Source of the DNA: Ruditapes philippinarum
Lineage: Eukaryota
Assembly (NCBI RefSeq): GCF_026571515.1
Contig: NW_026866687.1
Location: forward strand, 248,001-312,000
Direction of reading: 5' to 3'
DNA: 64,000 bases
The position numbers and the translations under genes are program-made. The notes under the pieces were generated by a model, which was not told where the DNA came from, ran no database searches, and was given only the letters and a program-made list of their open reading frames with translations. Below, in pieces: positions 37,256 to 49,658 of this stretch (position 1 is its first letter; every line of letters begins with the position of its first letter).

Positions 37256-40200
37256 CCACATTTCTATAGCACTCTTTTCATAAATAATAAATGTTCAAGA
37301 GTGCTTTACATAAATCCGATAAAAACATAATCATATATATATATATAAGACATAATGTACAACATTAATTAAGTAAACATATTAAGCAATAATGATAATC
37401 CAAAACCAGTAAAGGATGGTTAGAAATACAGACACATTTAGTTTAAAATCAAGGCTCAATTAAAATTAACACTGATAATATAGCAAAAGTAGTACATGTA
37501 TGATGATTTATGAACTAACGTCCATAGAACTTTATGAAATAATGTGTTTTGAGAGCTCTCTTAAAACATGGCAAGGTATTACAGTCTCTAATGTCAGGTG
37601 GTAACGAGTTCCATAATTTCGCTGCGGCTGTCTGGAAGCACCTGTCACCATATCGTACTGTCCGAGATTTAGGCACAACTAATGTCATTGAGTTATTCTG
37701 GGACCTCAGATTCCTGGCTGGGATGTACACGTCTATCATGTCTTTTATATAGGCTGGTGCTTGATCGATGAGGGATTTATATGTATAAGTCAAAATTTTA
37801 TATTCGACCCGATACTCTATCGGAAGCCAGTGAAGTTCACGTAAGAGAGGTGTTATGTGGTCATATTTGAGTGTTTTGGTCACAATTCTAGCTGCTGTAT
37901 TTTGAACATGTTGTAACTTGGTCATTGACTGCTTAGAGACTCCATATAACAGTGCATTACAGAGATTTGGTTGCTTAAACAGTAAGATAGGGTCTGATAT
38001 GACCAATTTGTCTTAATTGTGGATAACAGTTCCTACATACATTATTTACATGTTGTTCCATCCTCATGTTCGAGTCAAGAAATGCCCCAAGATTGCGCAT
38101 ACTAGATGATTGGCTGATTTTCGAACTGTCGACTGTTACTGTAACATCTGAAACGTTATGTTCAGATGAGAAGATGATCAACTCTGTTTTGTCGCCGTTT
38201 AGCTTCAGCATGTTGACATTCATCCAACTTACAATATCATCAAGACATCTTTCAATACGGTTTATGTTCTCTTGAATTGAAATACTAGTCACTGGTTTGA
38301 AGGATAGAAAGAGTTGTGAGTCATCTGCGAAGAAATGGTTGTTAAGCTCATGTTTACGGCAGATCACTCCGACATGTTTCGTATACATCACTAGCTCTTG
38401 GGTCACCTCTTGGGTCCCAGGACAGACGCTTGAGGTACACTGTACTCCATGTGGACTGGATGTGATAGTTTGTTGTTTATGCATACAGTCTGGTATCGGT
38501 CGGTCAGGTATGACGTCATCCATCCGAGTGGCTTGCCTGTAATTCCAAAGTGTCGTTCAAGGCGGCGAAGGAGCGTTCCGTGATCAATTGTATCAAAAGC
38601 AGCAGACAAACCAAGCATCACGAGAATAGTCAGATTGTTATTATCCAAAGACCGTAGAATGTCATTTTGAACTTTTAACAATGCAGTCTCGGGCGAATGG
38701 AACTTGCGATAAGCAGATTGGTTGACCTCGTGTAGATTATTTGTCTTCAGATGGCTCTCAATTCGTACGTCAACGACCTTTTCCAAGATTTTAGACAGGA
38801 ATGGCAAGTTAGACACAGGCCTATAGATTTTCAGTTCGTTAGGATCTAGATTTGGTTTCTTTAGAAGTGGTCTTATTCGTGAGTGTTTGAACATTTTTGG
38901 TACATAAGCAGCATCCAAGGACACGTTTATAAAACTGGTTATCACTGGTGTTAGTTCATCTTGGCATTCCTTTAACAGCCATGTTGGAATGGGATCTAAC
39001 TCACAGGATTTGGTGGCGGATTTTTTAATCAATGCTTTCACTTCTTGCTCTGTGGTTGGAGCAAACACAGTATATTTGACACCCGTATATTCAGATTCCA
39101 TATCTACATTATCAGGTACCGATTGTGTTTGAGAACGTATGTTATTCCTTATTGTTTCAATCTTTCCGATAAAGTAGTCACTGAATTTCTGGGCAAGGCG
39201 CTCTGAAGATGAATCAAATGGTAGAATCACTTCATTTGTATCTCCAAGTAGACCTTTGGTAATCTTAGATAGACTTTTATGATCATTGCCACAAGACTCT
39301 ATTTTACTTGTATAGTATTCTACACGAGCTTGTTTTAACATCTTGTTCACACTAGAACAGTGTGTTCTGTAGATCTGATGGTCTATTGTAAGTTTAGTTT
39401 CACGCCATTTCCGTTCCAGTTTACGTTTTTCATGTTTGGCTTCGTGGAGTTGCTCTGTATACCACGGACAAGCAGGTCTCAATGTAATAGTCTTGTTAAT
39501 CATCGGAGCATGTTTATCCAAAATAGAGGTTAGACTGTCTGAATACTCCATCATAAAACCATCTATGTCAGAAGGGATACACTCTTTGTTGAAGAATTCC
39601 ATTTTCCGTATGTCATCTCGAAAAGAATCAATGTCAATTGCGCGAAGTTTTCTGTAAGAAACCAATTTCCGTACCGGTGCAGGTTTTGAGGCTTTGACAT
39701 CAAATGTAACAGCAAAATGGTCACGTAAGATATTTCCACTTGAATCAGAGAGTCCAGGATCTACGACCTCTATGTTTGATACAATGTTGTCTGTTTCCTT
39801 TGATATCACTACGTCCAATGTATGACCTGCAAGATGGGTTGGTTCTTGTACATGCTGATGCATACCACATGCATCAAGGTTACTTGTAAGTTTTCTCGTA
39901 TCGTTGTTGTGTGGTATATCTAGATGAAGGTTCAGATCGCCTACTATGATTGCAGAATTGTCAACTGTAGCGTACTTAGTTAAGAAAAGGGGCCACTCAT
40001 GATCAAGGAAAGTGTTTGTATTCAAGCCGTTCTGTTTAGAAGGAGGTGGTCTGTATATTACCGCTAGCCTCATAGAGTACCGCCCAATAACTACATTACA
40101 GTCCATGAACTAAAATTGTGAGAATTCCTTGCTTTGACTTGACGACTCAGTGGTGACTTGTATAGAAGCTTTATGGATGATAGCTACACCACCACCTCGC

Positions 40201-42329
40201 CTACCAACACGCGGGACATGTTTCATTTTGTAGCCAGGAGGTACAAGTTCACTGATACACACCTTATCAACGGAACTACCTAGCCATGTTTCAGTTATGG
40301 CACATATATCAAACTCACTACTGGAGAGAATAAAGTCACATATGGATAGGGTTTTGTTTTTCACTGAGCGTGTGTTCATTAAACATATTTTTTATGTTTG
40401 TTTGGCCTTTTACTGTTGTATTGTGTTCAAGATTTACCCGGATTAAGTTTTTCACACTGCACATGCTGAGTGATTTTTCTATACGTCTTCTCTGATTAAC
40501 TTTTGTTATTTCTTGGGGAAGTAACTGTAAATTGTCAACATTCACACCATTGTTAGTATCCCAGGCTCGTCTAATCCCATATTGCCCACCTCTGTTCCCT
40601 CTGTATTGCATTAACTTAAGTCCTTTCAAAGTGTTGATAATAATAGGATTAAGTCCTTTTTGTGAACTTGGTAATTGCCCGATATTATACAGGTCTGACC
40701 GTGTATATATAATCCTCGTCGAGTTTCGCTCACTAAAACACATAATTGCTGTATGCTTTAAAAATAAAATATTAAAATGTATAGAACCATCAACGTTTTA
40801 AATTCCAAATATCTTTAAAACCACAAGAGTAATTCACAAGCAATTTATATCACTGTGATTACAAAATGAAACTACGTAATATATCAAACTTTGAAAATTT
40901 TCAGTCAAGTATAACTTTCACAAAACAATCAAGTTTGCAGAGCAACAAAAAATGCAGCCTACACCTGGCGCATACTATTTTCGTCCAATACAGTCTATTT
41001 TCACCAGTAGGGCATCCACATTATTTCATCAATCAGAGAGACATTTGTTTTCTATGCTAAACAGCATTTAAAATAGTTCAACGATTTATGTATTTTGAAG
41101 TTTTGCCTGTTATTTAAAGTTACATAAGAGAACTTGCGACTTTCAAAAATAAGCAGCACCTGGGGAATTCAAGTTTGAATATCCATGCTCAATAACTAAA
41201 TCCCATTTTAGGTAAATCAATACTTCGGAAAATATTGTTGCAGACGACACGGAAAAGGTTGGGAAGTTCTGTTTGTCTGATAAATCATTTTTAACATTAC
41301 TTTATGGTACTGAATTATATTCAAAATAAAAAAAGGTCCGAAAAACTGCTATGATTTTTTAATAAAGGTGAAAAAAGGTGTAACGTGTCAGGCTTATATT
41401 CAAATTAAAAAGTAAAATGAAAGTGCAACATTAAGCACATGGCAATGCTGGACAGGTACCTAACTTTGTCCTGTCAAAGTTTTGTACCCCTCCGTAGACT
41501 GACTTTTATTTAGTTTGTTAAAAAGTGCGATTTGTGTCCGGAAACTGCTAAGAAACCAGTAATATCATTCAACCGGAACGTTTCAGTACCATGACTTAGT
41601 TAATCACGTACAATTATGAAAATCGTCATTTAAGTAATTTTTATATATACCGATCTCATCAATGTTTATTGATTTCGAGAAGTGACAATTAGCGTGACTT
41701 GCATTAAAAATATTAACAGGTGTTACGAGGAACAGGATAAATTATGTGTTATTTCACTTTCCTTACAGATTTTGAAAAAAAAAATAACTATTTAAAATAT
41801 ATTTATGTCACTTAAAAATTATCTGCTTTGCATCACAGTCAAATAATGGATAAAATCAGGTAAATTGAACACTAAAAATGCATGATCACAATGTCTGTTC
41901 TGACTTTTTTCAGAATGATAACTAACCTCGATTTCATATGTTATAAAATTATTTTATCTTTTTATGAACTATTTCAACAACAATTTAGTTGACTCCCATT
42001 TGAAAAATATATATAATGCCACATTTTCTTAAAAATCTCAATGTCAGGTCCGTGACCGTAAGGTGAAATTCTTAAACAATTTCCTTTTCCATTCATTTGT
42101 ATCGCAATCTTGGCCACAAAGCTATAAAGGAATATTTTCTATTTTTGTTAAAAGCTAATTTATATAATTTTCTACCTTTAACCTTAAACTAACTTGGAAT
42201 TGTCTATGAACTTCTTTTATATTTCTATATTATTCTATGCGCTTTTTGCCCTACGCAGATTGCGCATGCGCGGGAAAATACTACTTCCGATCGATTTTTC
42301 ATAGCAACGGACCGCGTCGTAAAGGTCTA
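36741..42329. mobile_element. Non-autonomous DNA transposon (about 1.8 kb) that hosts the LINE insertion
   Basis: Termini TAGACCTTTTTAC and GTAAAGGTCTA, each flanked by TA. Subterminal inverted match CGTAGGACAAAAGCGCA / TGCGCTTTTTGCCCTACG. Confidence 0.55.
37218..40976 (-). mobile_element. Decayed non-LTR retrotransposon (L2/CR1 group) with APE endonuclease and reverse transcriptase
   Basis: ORF fragments at 40336-40743, 40110-40379 (NTRSVKNK, ITETWL, GGGVA), 38403-40106 (IYRPP, IVGDLN, GHTLD, YRPVSNL, QSAYRKFHSPETAL, LSAAFDTIDH), 37975-38523 (FADDSQ) and 37515-38006. An in-frame stop at 40107-40109 and several frameshifts disrupt it. It has a 3' stem-loop (AGCACTCT..AGAGTGCT), a (TAA)n tail at 37218-37252 and a candidate ATTTT TSD (37213-37217 / 40977-40981). 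Confidence 0.92.
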
Positions 42330-42650
42330 TAGCGGCTGCAAGTAGAGGAGCTCACCCAGGGCTATTAAACGGCGGCTCTTCCACATTTTGGCGATCAATT
42401 TAAATGAGAGCACTCGACACTTCCAATGAAGAGCCCTCGCCCAATACAAAGCTGAAAAGGTAAACACAGTTATAAAATTATTCGATTTTTTTCTTCTTTT
42501 TTTTTAAGGGAACGGAGATAGCATTTTTCTTCTCTGAGTTATATCTCGTGGAAACAAGATAGCAAATTTTGTCCCATCTGTGCTTCCGTAGCTATGCTAA
42601 GCAATTTCGATACGAAATACCTCAAAATAACGTTGCTGAGTATAGATTAA

Positions 42651-43093
42651 ATATAGGTTAAAAGTTTATTAGTACGTATTTACAAAATTAAATTGGTCAG
42701 GCGCGGCGCAATTTTTGTAAATACGTACTAATAAATTTTAACCGGCATAGTGTTTTTAAATTATTTTTATAAACAGTCGATTAACTAGACTGATTAACAG
42801 TTTGCCGATTAACCAAAGTAAATGTGTTACGATTCATTAAAAATACTGCAATCCTATTGGACAAAAATAATTTCAAACACTAAAGTTTATTAGTACATAT
42901 TTACAAAATTAAATTGCTTAGGGGCAACACAGCCGCGCGACCAATTTAATTTTGTAAATACGTACTAATAAATTTTAACTGGGTTTTTGTTTTCGATTAT
43001 TTTTATTAACAGCCGATGAGTTATGATTCTTTTGAAATACTGCAATCCCATTCAACAAAAATTATTTCAAACACTAATAAACTTTAACCTATA
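42651..43093. mobile_element. TTAA-flanked MITE-like element
   Basis: TIRs TATAGGTTAAAAGTTTATTAG..CTAATAAACTTTAACCTATA; two internal hairpin modules (TTTATTAGTAC(G/A)TATTTACAAAA..TTTTGTAAATACGTACTAATAAA). Confidence 0.6.
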
Positions 43094-44707
43094 CTTAAAT
43101 AAAACGGAATTATTTATTAATTGGTTAATCGAAAAATTAAAAAAAAAGTATGTGCTTTGTGAAATAGAGAGCTAAATATGAGTGTTTTAAGTGTTCAGCA
43201 ATGTTCGCAGTCGTTCGACCAATTTAATTTGGAAATGCTGAGTCCTACTAATGAATACTAACCAATTTAGTGTTTTAATTTTTTAGGCAATTTACGTCAT
43301 TAGCGGGGCGGAGTCTGGAATTTCTCGCTACGTAAAATATCACTAAGGTCAAAAATAATATTGTGCTTTTGACAATCGGAATTACCGTAGAAAATACAAT
43401 TATTAATGCAGTGATGGATAACGTTCGAAATTTATTGACAAGTAATTGTTCAGCTAGAGGGTTAGAACTTGGTCCTTGACCTGTGTTATGCAATGGTCGA
43501 AAACGTACATTCATTATCAACGTTTATCGATTCTTTCTTATTATTTTCTATCTACTAATACTTGACTTCTATTAGATTCTATCCTATCATCATATACATG
43601 TACATCGAAAGGTCGAAAGTACGATGATGAAAACACGAAATTATATGAGTTTTCACCATCGTGGTTTTATTATTTTGACTTTTCATCATTGTGCTTTCAA
43701 CTTTTCATCATCGACTATTCGCCGTTTCACGTTCGTGGTTTCGTTATTTCGACGTTTCACCATCATATGTTCGTGTTTTCGTTGTTTCGAGTTATGTGTG
43801 TGTCGCGATGGCCCTAACAGGACACCGTAGATATGACTAGCTGATAACATGTGGCTTTTAGTGAAATACTTGTGTTGAATATTTATTTGTTTGACATAAA
43901 TGATTAAACTTTACCTTTATCAGTAGAACATTTATCATATTTATCAGCAGGTGTGTAAGGTTTTAAGATGAGTATTATATATCTTCAGTGAAAATCAACA
44001 ATTTGTAGAACACATGCAAGGAGTATATACTACAATGTCTGAAATGTCGCCTGTTGACAAGCGAGGGTTTGGCTAAAAATCTCTGTCGTCCTTGTTAGTC
44101 GCATGTTGTTTACCTTAACGTTGCTCATTGTGACGATTAAAACATAAAATGACAGATAGCCAGTCCACCTGCACTTCTGAACTCTGCTTCTAAAATTATT
44201 TCTTGAGTATATGTTTGATTCTTGCTTAGATTAAAATTAAATATGTAAAACTCTTTCAAGTCGGTAATCATGTTCTATGTAGGATACCGTGATGTTAAAT
44301 TTACATGCATTACATAATTTTGGTCTTTTGAATGGATCGATAAACGAAACGAGGTTTACAAAGATAAATAGCTATCCAAATTTGTCTCTTATCACATGGT
44401 CGTAAATCACGACAAAATTTAACACTTTTATCGCCTTTCATATTTAAGCTTTGAGAAATCAAAATTAAGTCTAACGAAGCCCCGATATCCCTCAATTTTT
44501 AGTCTCTTTCATTCTTTAGTAACATACTCTATAAATTAATAATAATCATACTCTCACTAGAAGCATTTTATCGACCCAACACAGTAACACACTGATATCA
44601 GTGTTAACTATCACCCTGTATATTTCAACCGAGAGAATGAGTTTTACTATCGGTGTGGATATAAAGGGCATATACTTAATGTACCAACATCATTTCACAT
44701 ACTTGCG

Positions 44708-46615
44708 ATGACTCGGTTGAGTAAATGTTCACGGATTATTAAACGAGGATGCAAACTCTCCTGTATTTTTATATTGATCTTTACGTGTGTATGGATACTA
44801 TACATGTTTACAGATTCCAGACTCTCGCTAGCGCCTTGTAATATAGAAATTCTTAATCCATGGGATCCGGCGGTGTCACAGTATTTCACCCGGCTTGAGC
44901 CTGTGAAGTGTTCAGAAAGACGACATATCATATACGTTGACAAATCCGGAGTGCTTAGATACAACGAAGACGTCGCGAAGATTTATAAATTGAATACAAC
45001 GTCCGTGAAGTGTTCTTATTATCCCCTGAAAAGAGGGAAGGGGGATACGTATAATGTTACGTTTGATGCGGAAATACCGATTAAGCTTCCGTGTTTCGTG
45101 AAGTGTCACATGTTTCGGATACAGTGTGTAAATTCATTCGCGAAAATCGTTTATGACTTTTTACACTTTAATCCAAAATGGAACGAAAATGCTAAGGATG
45201 ACAATGAAGTTGAAGCAGAAACCGTAGACACACCCAGCGTAATAGTGCTTGGAATAGATTCTGTGTCGAGGTCGCATGCTATTAGAGCCTTGCCTAAATC
45301 TTATAATTATTTAGTGTCAGAATTTCAAGCTAATGACTTCGTTGGTTATAACCGGGTCGGTGAGAACACGTGGCGGAATTTTATTCCACTTTTGGCGGGA
45401 AGAAGTCATCGTAAGTACCTGATAACGATGCATATGATCTTTCACATAGATTTGATTCCATTCATCTGGTACGAAAAGGAGATGGCGAAAGTCTCCACAT
45501 TTTATGCCGAAGACAGACCTGAGCTCTCAGCTTTCACGGTATTCGGGCAGCTGGGTTTCAAACTCCCACCCACTGACTATTATTTCCGACCATTTACCCA
45601 AGGTGTGAACTCCTTTGCTCCAAAAATAATTGACAAAGTTACACAATCAAAAGATTGCTACGGACCAAAAACAATGTTTGATATACAATTAGACTACCTC
45701 AAAGGATTCTTACAACGTTATGAAAGGAAAAGAAAATTTGCCATGTCTTGGAGCACACAGATTAGCCATTCTAGTTACAGCCTGTTGAGTCGATCTGACG
45801 AGGCCTTCCTAGATTTTCTGAAGTGGTTGAAAGCAGGAAATCACACCGAAAATTCCATACTTATAGTTATGAGTGACCATGGGCCTAGAATGGGAGGCGC
45901 AGCGCTGACCCACGTTGGCCGAGCTGAAAACAACAAACCTTGGTTCATGCTACACATTCCCGACAATCTTAAGACCAAGTACAAATGGATTCAGGAAACA
46001 GTTTTACACAATTCAAAGCGACTTACTTCCCATTATGATACTTATAAGACTATATCCGATATATTCCAAAATAAAGCGTTTAATACGAAGACTTATAGAC
46101 CGGTGCGGGATACCTTAACACGTCGAAATTTATTTCACTCTTTACCAAAGGATCGGACATGCGTTGATGCGGGTATTGAGGCACAGTTTTGCACTTGTGA
46201 CAGAAAAGAATTAGTCCAGCCTACACTGGATATAGTTCAGTCAATAGCTAAATTTTTGGTAGAAAAAATAAATGAACTAATATCTGAGAATGAACATCTT
46301 TGTGGAGTATTCACTCTTCATAACGTGACAGAGGCATTAGTGTCTTATTCAAAACCGGAAGAAGATATGAAAATTCGCGATAAAGTTTTGCAGTTTCTAT
46401 ATTCAGACAAATCAGGGCGATACAAAGTTGTGTTTTACACTATTCCAGGATATGCTTTGTTTGAAGGAACTGTAGATTTCGTTGAAATTTCTTCAAAGAA
46501 AATAGAGCACAGAATGCGACTTATAGGAGAGCTTATTAGACTTGATAGATATGACGCCAAATCAAAGTGCATGAACGATAAATTTATACGACCTTACTGT
46601 GTGTGTAAAGGTTGA
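44708..46615 (+). CDS. DUF229-domain protein (alkaline phosphatase/sulfatase superfamily), probable type II membrane protein, single coding exon
   Basis: 635-aa intact ORF with an N-terminal basic stretch followed by a hydrophobic anchor (CIFILIFTCVWILYMF). Motifs typical of DUF229: VIVLGIDSVSRSH, FVGYNRVGENT, GFKLPPTDYYFRPF, IVMSDHG, RTCVDAGIEAQFCTC. Confidence 0.88.
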   Translation: MTRLSKCSRIIKRGCKLSCIFILIFTCVWILYMFTDSRLSLAPCNIEILNPWDPAVSQYFTRLEPVKCSERRHIIYVDKSGVLRYNEDVAKIYKLNTTSVKCSYYPLKRGKGDTYNVTFDAEIPIKLPCFVKCHMFRIQCVNSFAKIVYDFLHFNPKWNENAKDDNEVEAETVDTPSVIVLGIDSVSRSHAIRALPKSYNYLVSEFQANDFVGYNRVGENTWRNFIPLLAGRSHRKYLITMHMIFHIDLIPFIWYEKEMAKVSTFYAEDRPELSAFTVFGQLGFKLPPTDYYFRPFTQGVNSFAPKIIDKVTQSKDCYGPKTMFDIQLDYLKGFLQRYERKRKFAMSWSTQISHSSYSLLSRSDEAFLDFLKWLKAGNHTENSILIVMSDHGPRMGGAALTHVGRAENNKPWFMLHIPDNLKTKYKWIQETVLHNSKRLTSHYDTYKTISDIFQNKAFNTKTYRPVRDTLTRRNLFHSLPKDRTCVDAGIEAQFCTCDRKELVQPTLDIVQSIAKFLVEKINELISENEHLCGVFTLHNVTEALVSYSKPEEDMKIRDKVLQFLYSDKSGRYKVVFYTIPGYALFEGTVDFVEISSKKIEHRMRLIGELIRLDRYDAKSKCMNDKFIRPYCVCKG

Positions 46616-47032
46616 CATATCAAAACAAAGCAACCGTGTCGAGAGATTAACGGTCAGTGGTTTTGAAATCAAGTGTCCACTCCGCACTTTGATTACAATT
46701 GTTCAAGTGGTAATGAAGAAGCACTCAGTGGTAATCTAATGGGAGGAGAAGAGATCGAGACGGTTCAGCGAACATATTGAATGGGGGGAGGGGTTATAAT
46801 TGTTCTCTTCAATCTCGTGCCGGAAATGACTTTATCGCCAGTGAAGCTGCAAGATGCGAATACCGTCGACAGTGTCGACTGACTTCAAAAAAAACACACA
46901 CACAGAAAATGTGTAAAAAAAAATATACGTACATTTTGTATATTATTATGACGTTAACAGTATATAGTGTATTCCCGGCAACCGGTTTAATGAAAGATGA
47001 GAATGTCACTTCTTCGGGATAGACAAGCCAGA

Positions 47033-47143
47033 GTTATTATTATTATTGTTGTTGTTTTTTATAATTATTATTATTATTATTATAATTATTATTACCATTT
47101 TTGTTATTGTTATTATTATTTTATCATTATTACTATTTTTATA

Positions 47144-47212
<69 letters not shown>

Positions 47213-47218
47213 ATTATT
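47033..47218. repeat. (TAT)n microsatellite
   Basis: Imperfect, then pure, TAT run downstream of the DUF229 gene. Confidence 0.9.
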
Positions 47219-47835
47219 GACAAATTTGAAAGACCTAAAATAATCATATTATTCATATTTTTCCTTTCATCAAGTATTATAAAATAAAACAGCATTCAAT
47301 TAGCGGACAAGATACGTACTTTTTATATTATTTTTTATTTATATATTTTATTTATTTATATTTTTGTATCTTTAAATTAACATCATATTGATATCGACTT
47401 TAAAACAAAACGGTTTAACAATGTTAAGCTGTCACTAAGTACTTTTATCTTTCAATAAAGTTATTTATTGCCAGTATTCTTATTGCTAATTCAAGTCCCT
47501 GCGTACTGTTCTTTTGTTGTGATTTTAAAAAAGCTGTTACTTATGTTTAGAATAAAAAGATGTCCGCATTCATACAAAACAAGTATAATCTTACTTGAAT
47601 GGTTGTAATGTGTAATCTTTTCATAGTGAAAAAGATGCAGTGCGAATTTAAAGCATAAACCATGCTTGTGATTTTATCAAAAAGTAACACTGAAAATAAT
47701 ATTAAATTAAAAAATGCTAAGAGGCATCCACTGCCGATATACATAATACATTATTTCATGTCCAAACCTACACAAACCCTGAACAGCTTATTATATATGT
47801 TTTTAGTCATACCAACACTATTTAGGCCATATGAC

Positions 47836-49658
47836 GACTTTCATAACCTCTGATCCCCTTTCGACCGCCTCCGTGGTCGAGTGGTTAGAGTTGATGACTT
47901 CTAATCCAGTTACCTCTCTGGCGTGGGTTCGATCCCCGGGAGATGCTTTGGTAGTTTAGCGCGGAGGAAGGTAGTCAAGTACTGGTGTAACTCTCCAGGA
48001 ACGATGGTTAGGAAACTACCCGCCTATATGACTGAAATACTGTTGGAAAAAGGCGTAAAATGACACAAACAAACAAACAATGATCCCCTTTCATAATTCC
48101 TTTTTATTCAGTTCCGCCCATTGTTTTTATCGTTTAGGGCACACGCATTTTTTAACTTGGGGACAATATGCCGCTTTTTACGTGTCACATTGAAGGTTCC
48201 GTGATAACCGCCATATGAACACATCTGCGGATGTTTTAAAATTGTATACCAGTTCATGTTTAATGTTGAATTCTGCTTAAGCCGGTGCTAGGGGGCGTGG
48301 ACGGTAGTTTGCACTTGACAGTACCGTCCATGAACAGGCCTTAATCAAACCGAACCTTCGACATTTTGAATTAGCCGTGTTGGGCTTTCATTAGGGATTC
48401 GTATTTTTTCTATTTTCAAACCTTAATGGTGGATTGGTGCATTATAGCACAAAATTGCACATAAGAACAACCACCGACGTGCCGTTAGCAACAAGTAGAT
48501 GGATAGCATCCTCAAATGACAGATTTAAAGTCCAAGTCGGAATTCGAACCCACAGCAGCGAGGGACAAGTAATTCGAAACGACCTTAACCCCTCGATCAC
48601 GGAGGTCCAATATCCTTTGCATATATTTACTAAACACATATTTTTTTCCTAAGACTCTGCGAATGTACAAATATCACAAATTTAAATCATCATTTTCGTT
48701 AATTGCAAAATTACTTCGTTCTATGCATTTTGAAATGCAATCCAATAAAATCATTAAGACAGGATTTAAGACAATATCCTTTTATTGGTAAAGGATGAAC
48801 TCTTTATTTGCTCGCTGTTGTCCACATAAACGAATACACCACCCTATTTCGGTATGCGATCTCTTCAATGATGCATATGACCAGTTTCTGTTAATCGCGT
48901 TCCTCTTGACCTTCAAATGCTTTTGCATGCCCCTTGGTTGTATTTTCATTGGTCTAATATTTTCTGGAAATCCAGTGGTATGTTTCACTATTAAAGTTGG
49001 ACCTTAATCAGTAGCGGGGCTTGAAAATACACTTGTGTGTTTTTATGTTTTATGAATTTGATAACCTTGACCTTGTTGTAATTCTTACAGCTCTTTGTGA
49101 CAAACTTTTTCCACATATGCTGTGGGTCTTTTTTTCTTTCATATAATTTCAATCCTATATCACCGATTTCAAAATTATTATCATTTAAAAGGACAAATCA
49201 TGTGAGGTAATCTTCATGAATTTTTGCAACTAAACAGTATACTTAAGAAACTGACCCACATTTGTAAAGAAAAATTCAAGTTGATAAAAAAAATCTTATA
49301 AAATAAAGAAAGCAGAATCCGTTAAGAGTACCCAAAACGGTTAAATTGAAAATGCTACAGACTCGTTTTGATTGAACTTTTTTTATTGACGATACTAAAA
49401 AATGCATGCTACCGTCCACGACCGCTAGCACCGGCTTAAGCAAAATCCAACATTTTAACAAGAAAATGCTGAAATTTTGAATTTTGCGACAACCACATAT
49501 GTGTTTATACGGCGGTTATCATTGAACCTTTTGACAAGATTGTGCCATTCCATTAAAAGCGGCGTATGATCCCCAAGTTAAAAGAAATGCGTGTGTCCTA
49601 AACTTGAACAGAATTAAATAAAATATAATTTTGAAAAGGGACCAGAGAGTATGGAGCC
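47836..49658. mobile_element. Old DNA element with ~250-bp diverged terminal inverted repeats
   Basis: The left arm (..ACACGCATTTTTTAACTTGGGGA..GATAACCGCC..GCTTAAGCCGGTGCTAG..CGTGGACGGTAG) matches the reverse complement of 49408-49658. The SINE interrupts the left arm. Confidence 0.65.
47863..48080 (+). mobile_element. tRNA-derived SINE with 12-bp TSD
   Basis: A box TGGTCGAGTGG, B box GGTTCGATCCC, (CAAA)n tail; TGATCCCCTTTC duplicated at 47851-47862 and 48081-48092. Confidence 0.85.

Noticed and set aside
46997-47287. Poly-Ile/Tyr ORF (also the poly-Tyr ORF at 37094-37330)
   Set aside because: These are translations of (TAT)n microsatellites.
47863-47940. tRNA gene
   Set aside because: A and B boxes are present, but the sequence continues into a SINE body with a (CAAA)n tail and TSD, and no clean cloverleaf forms.
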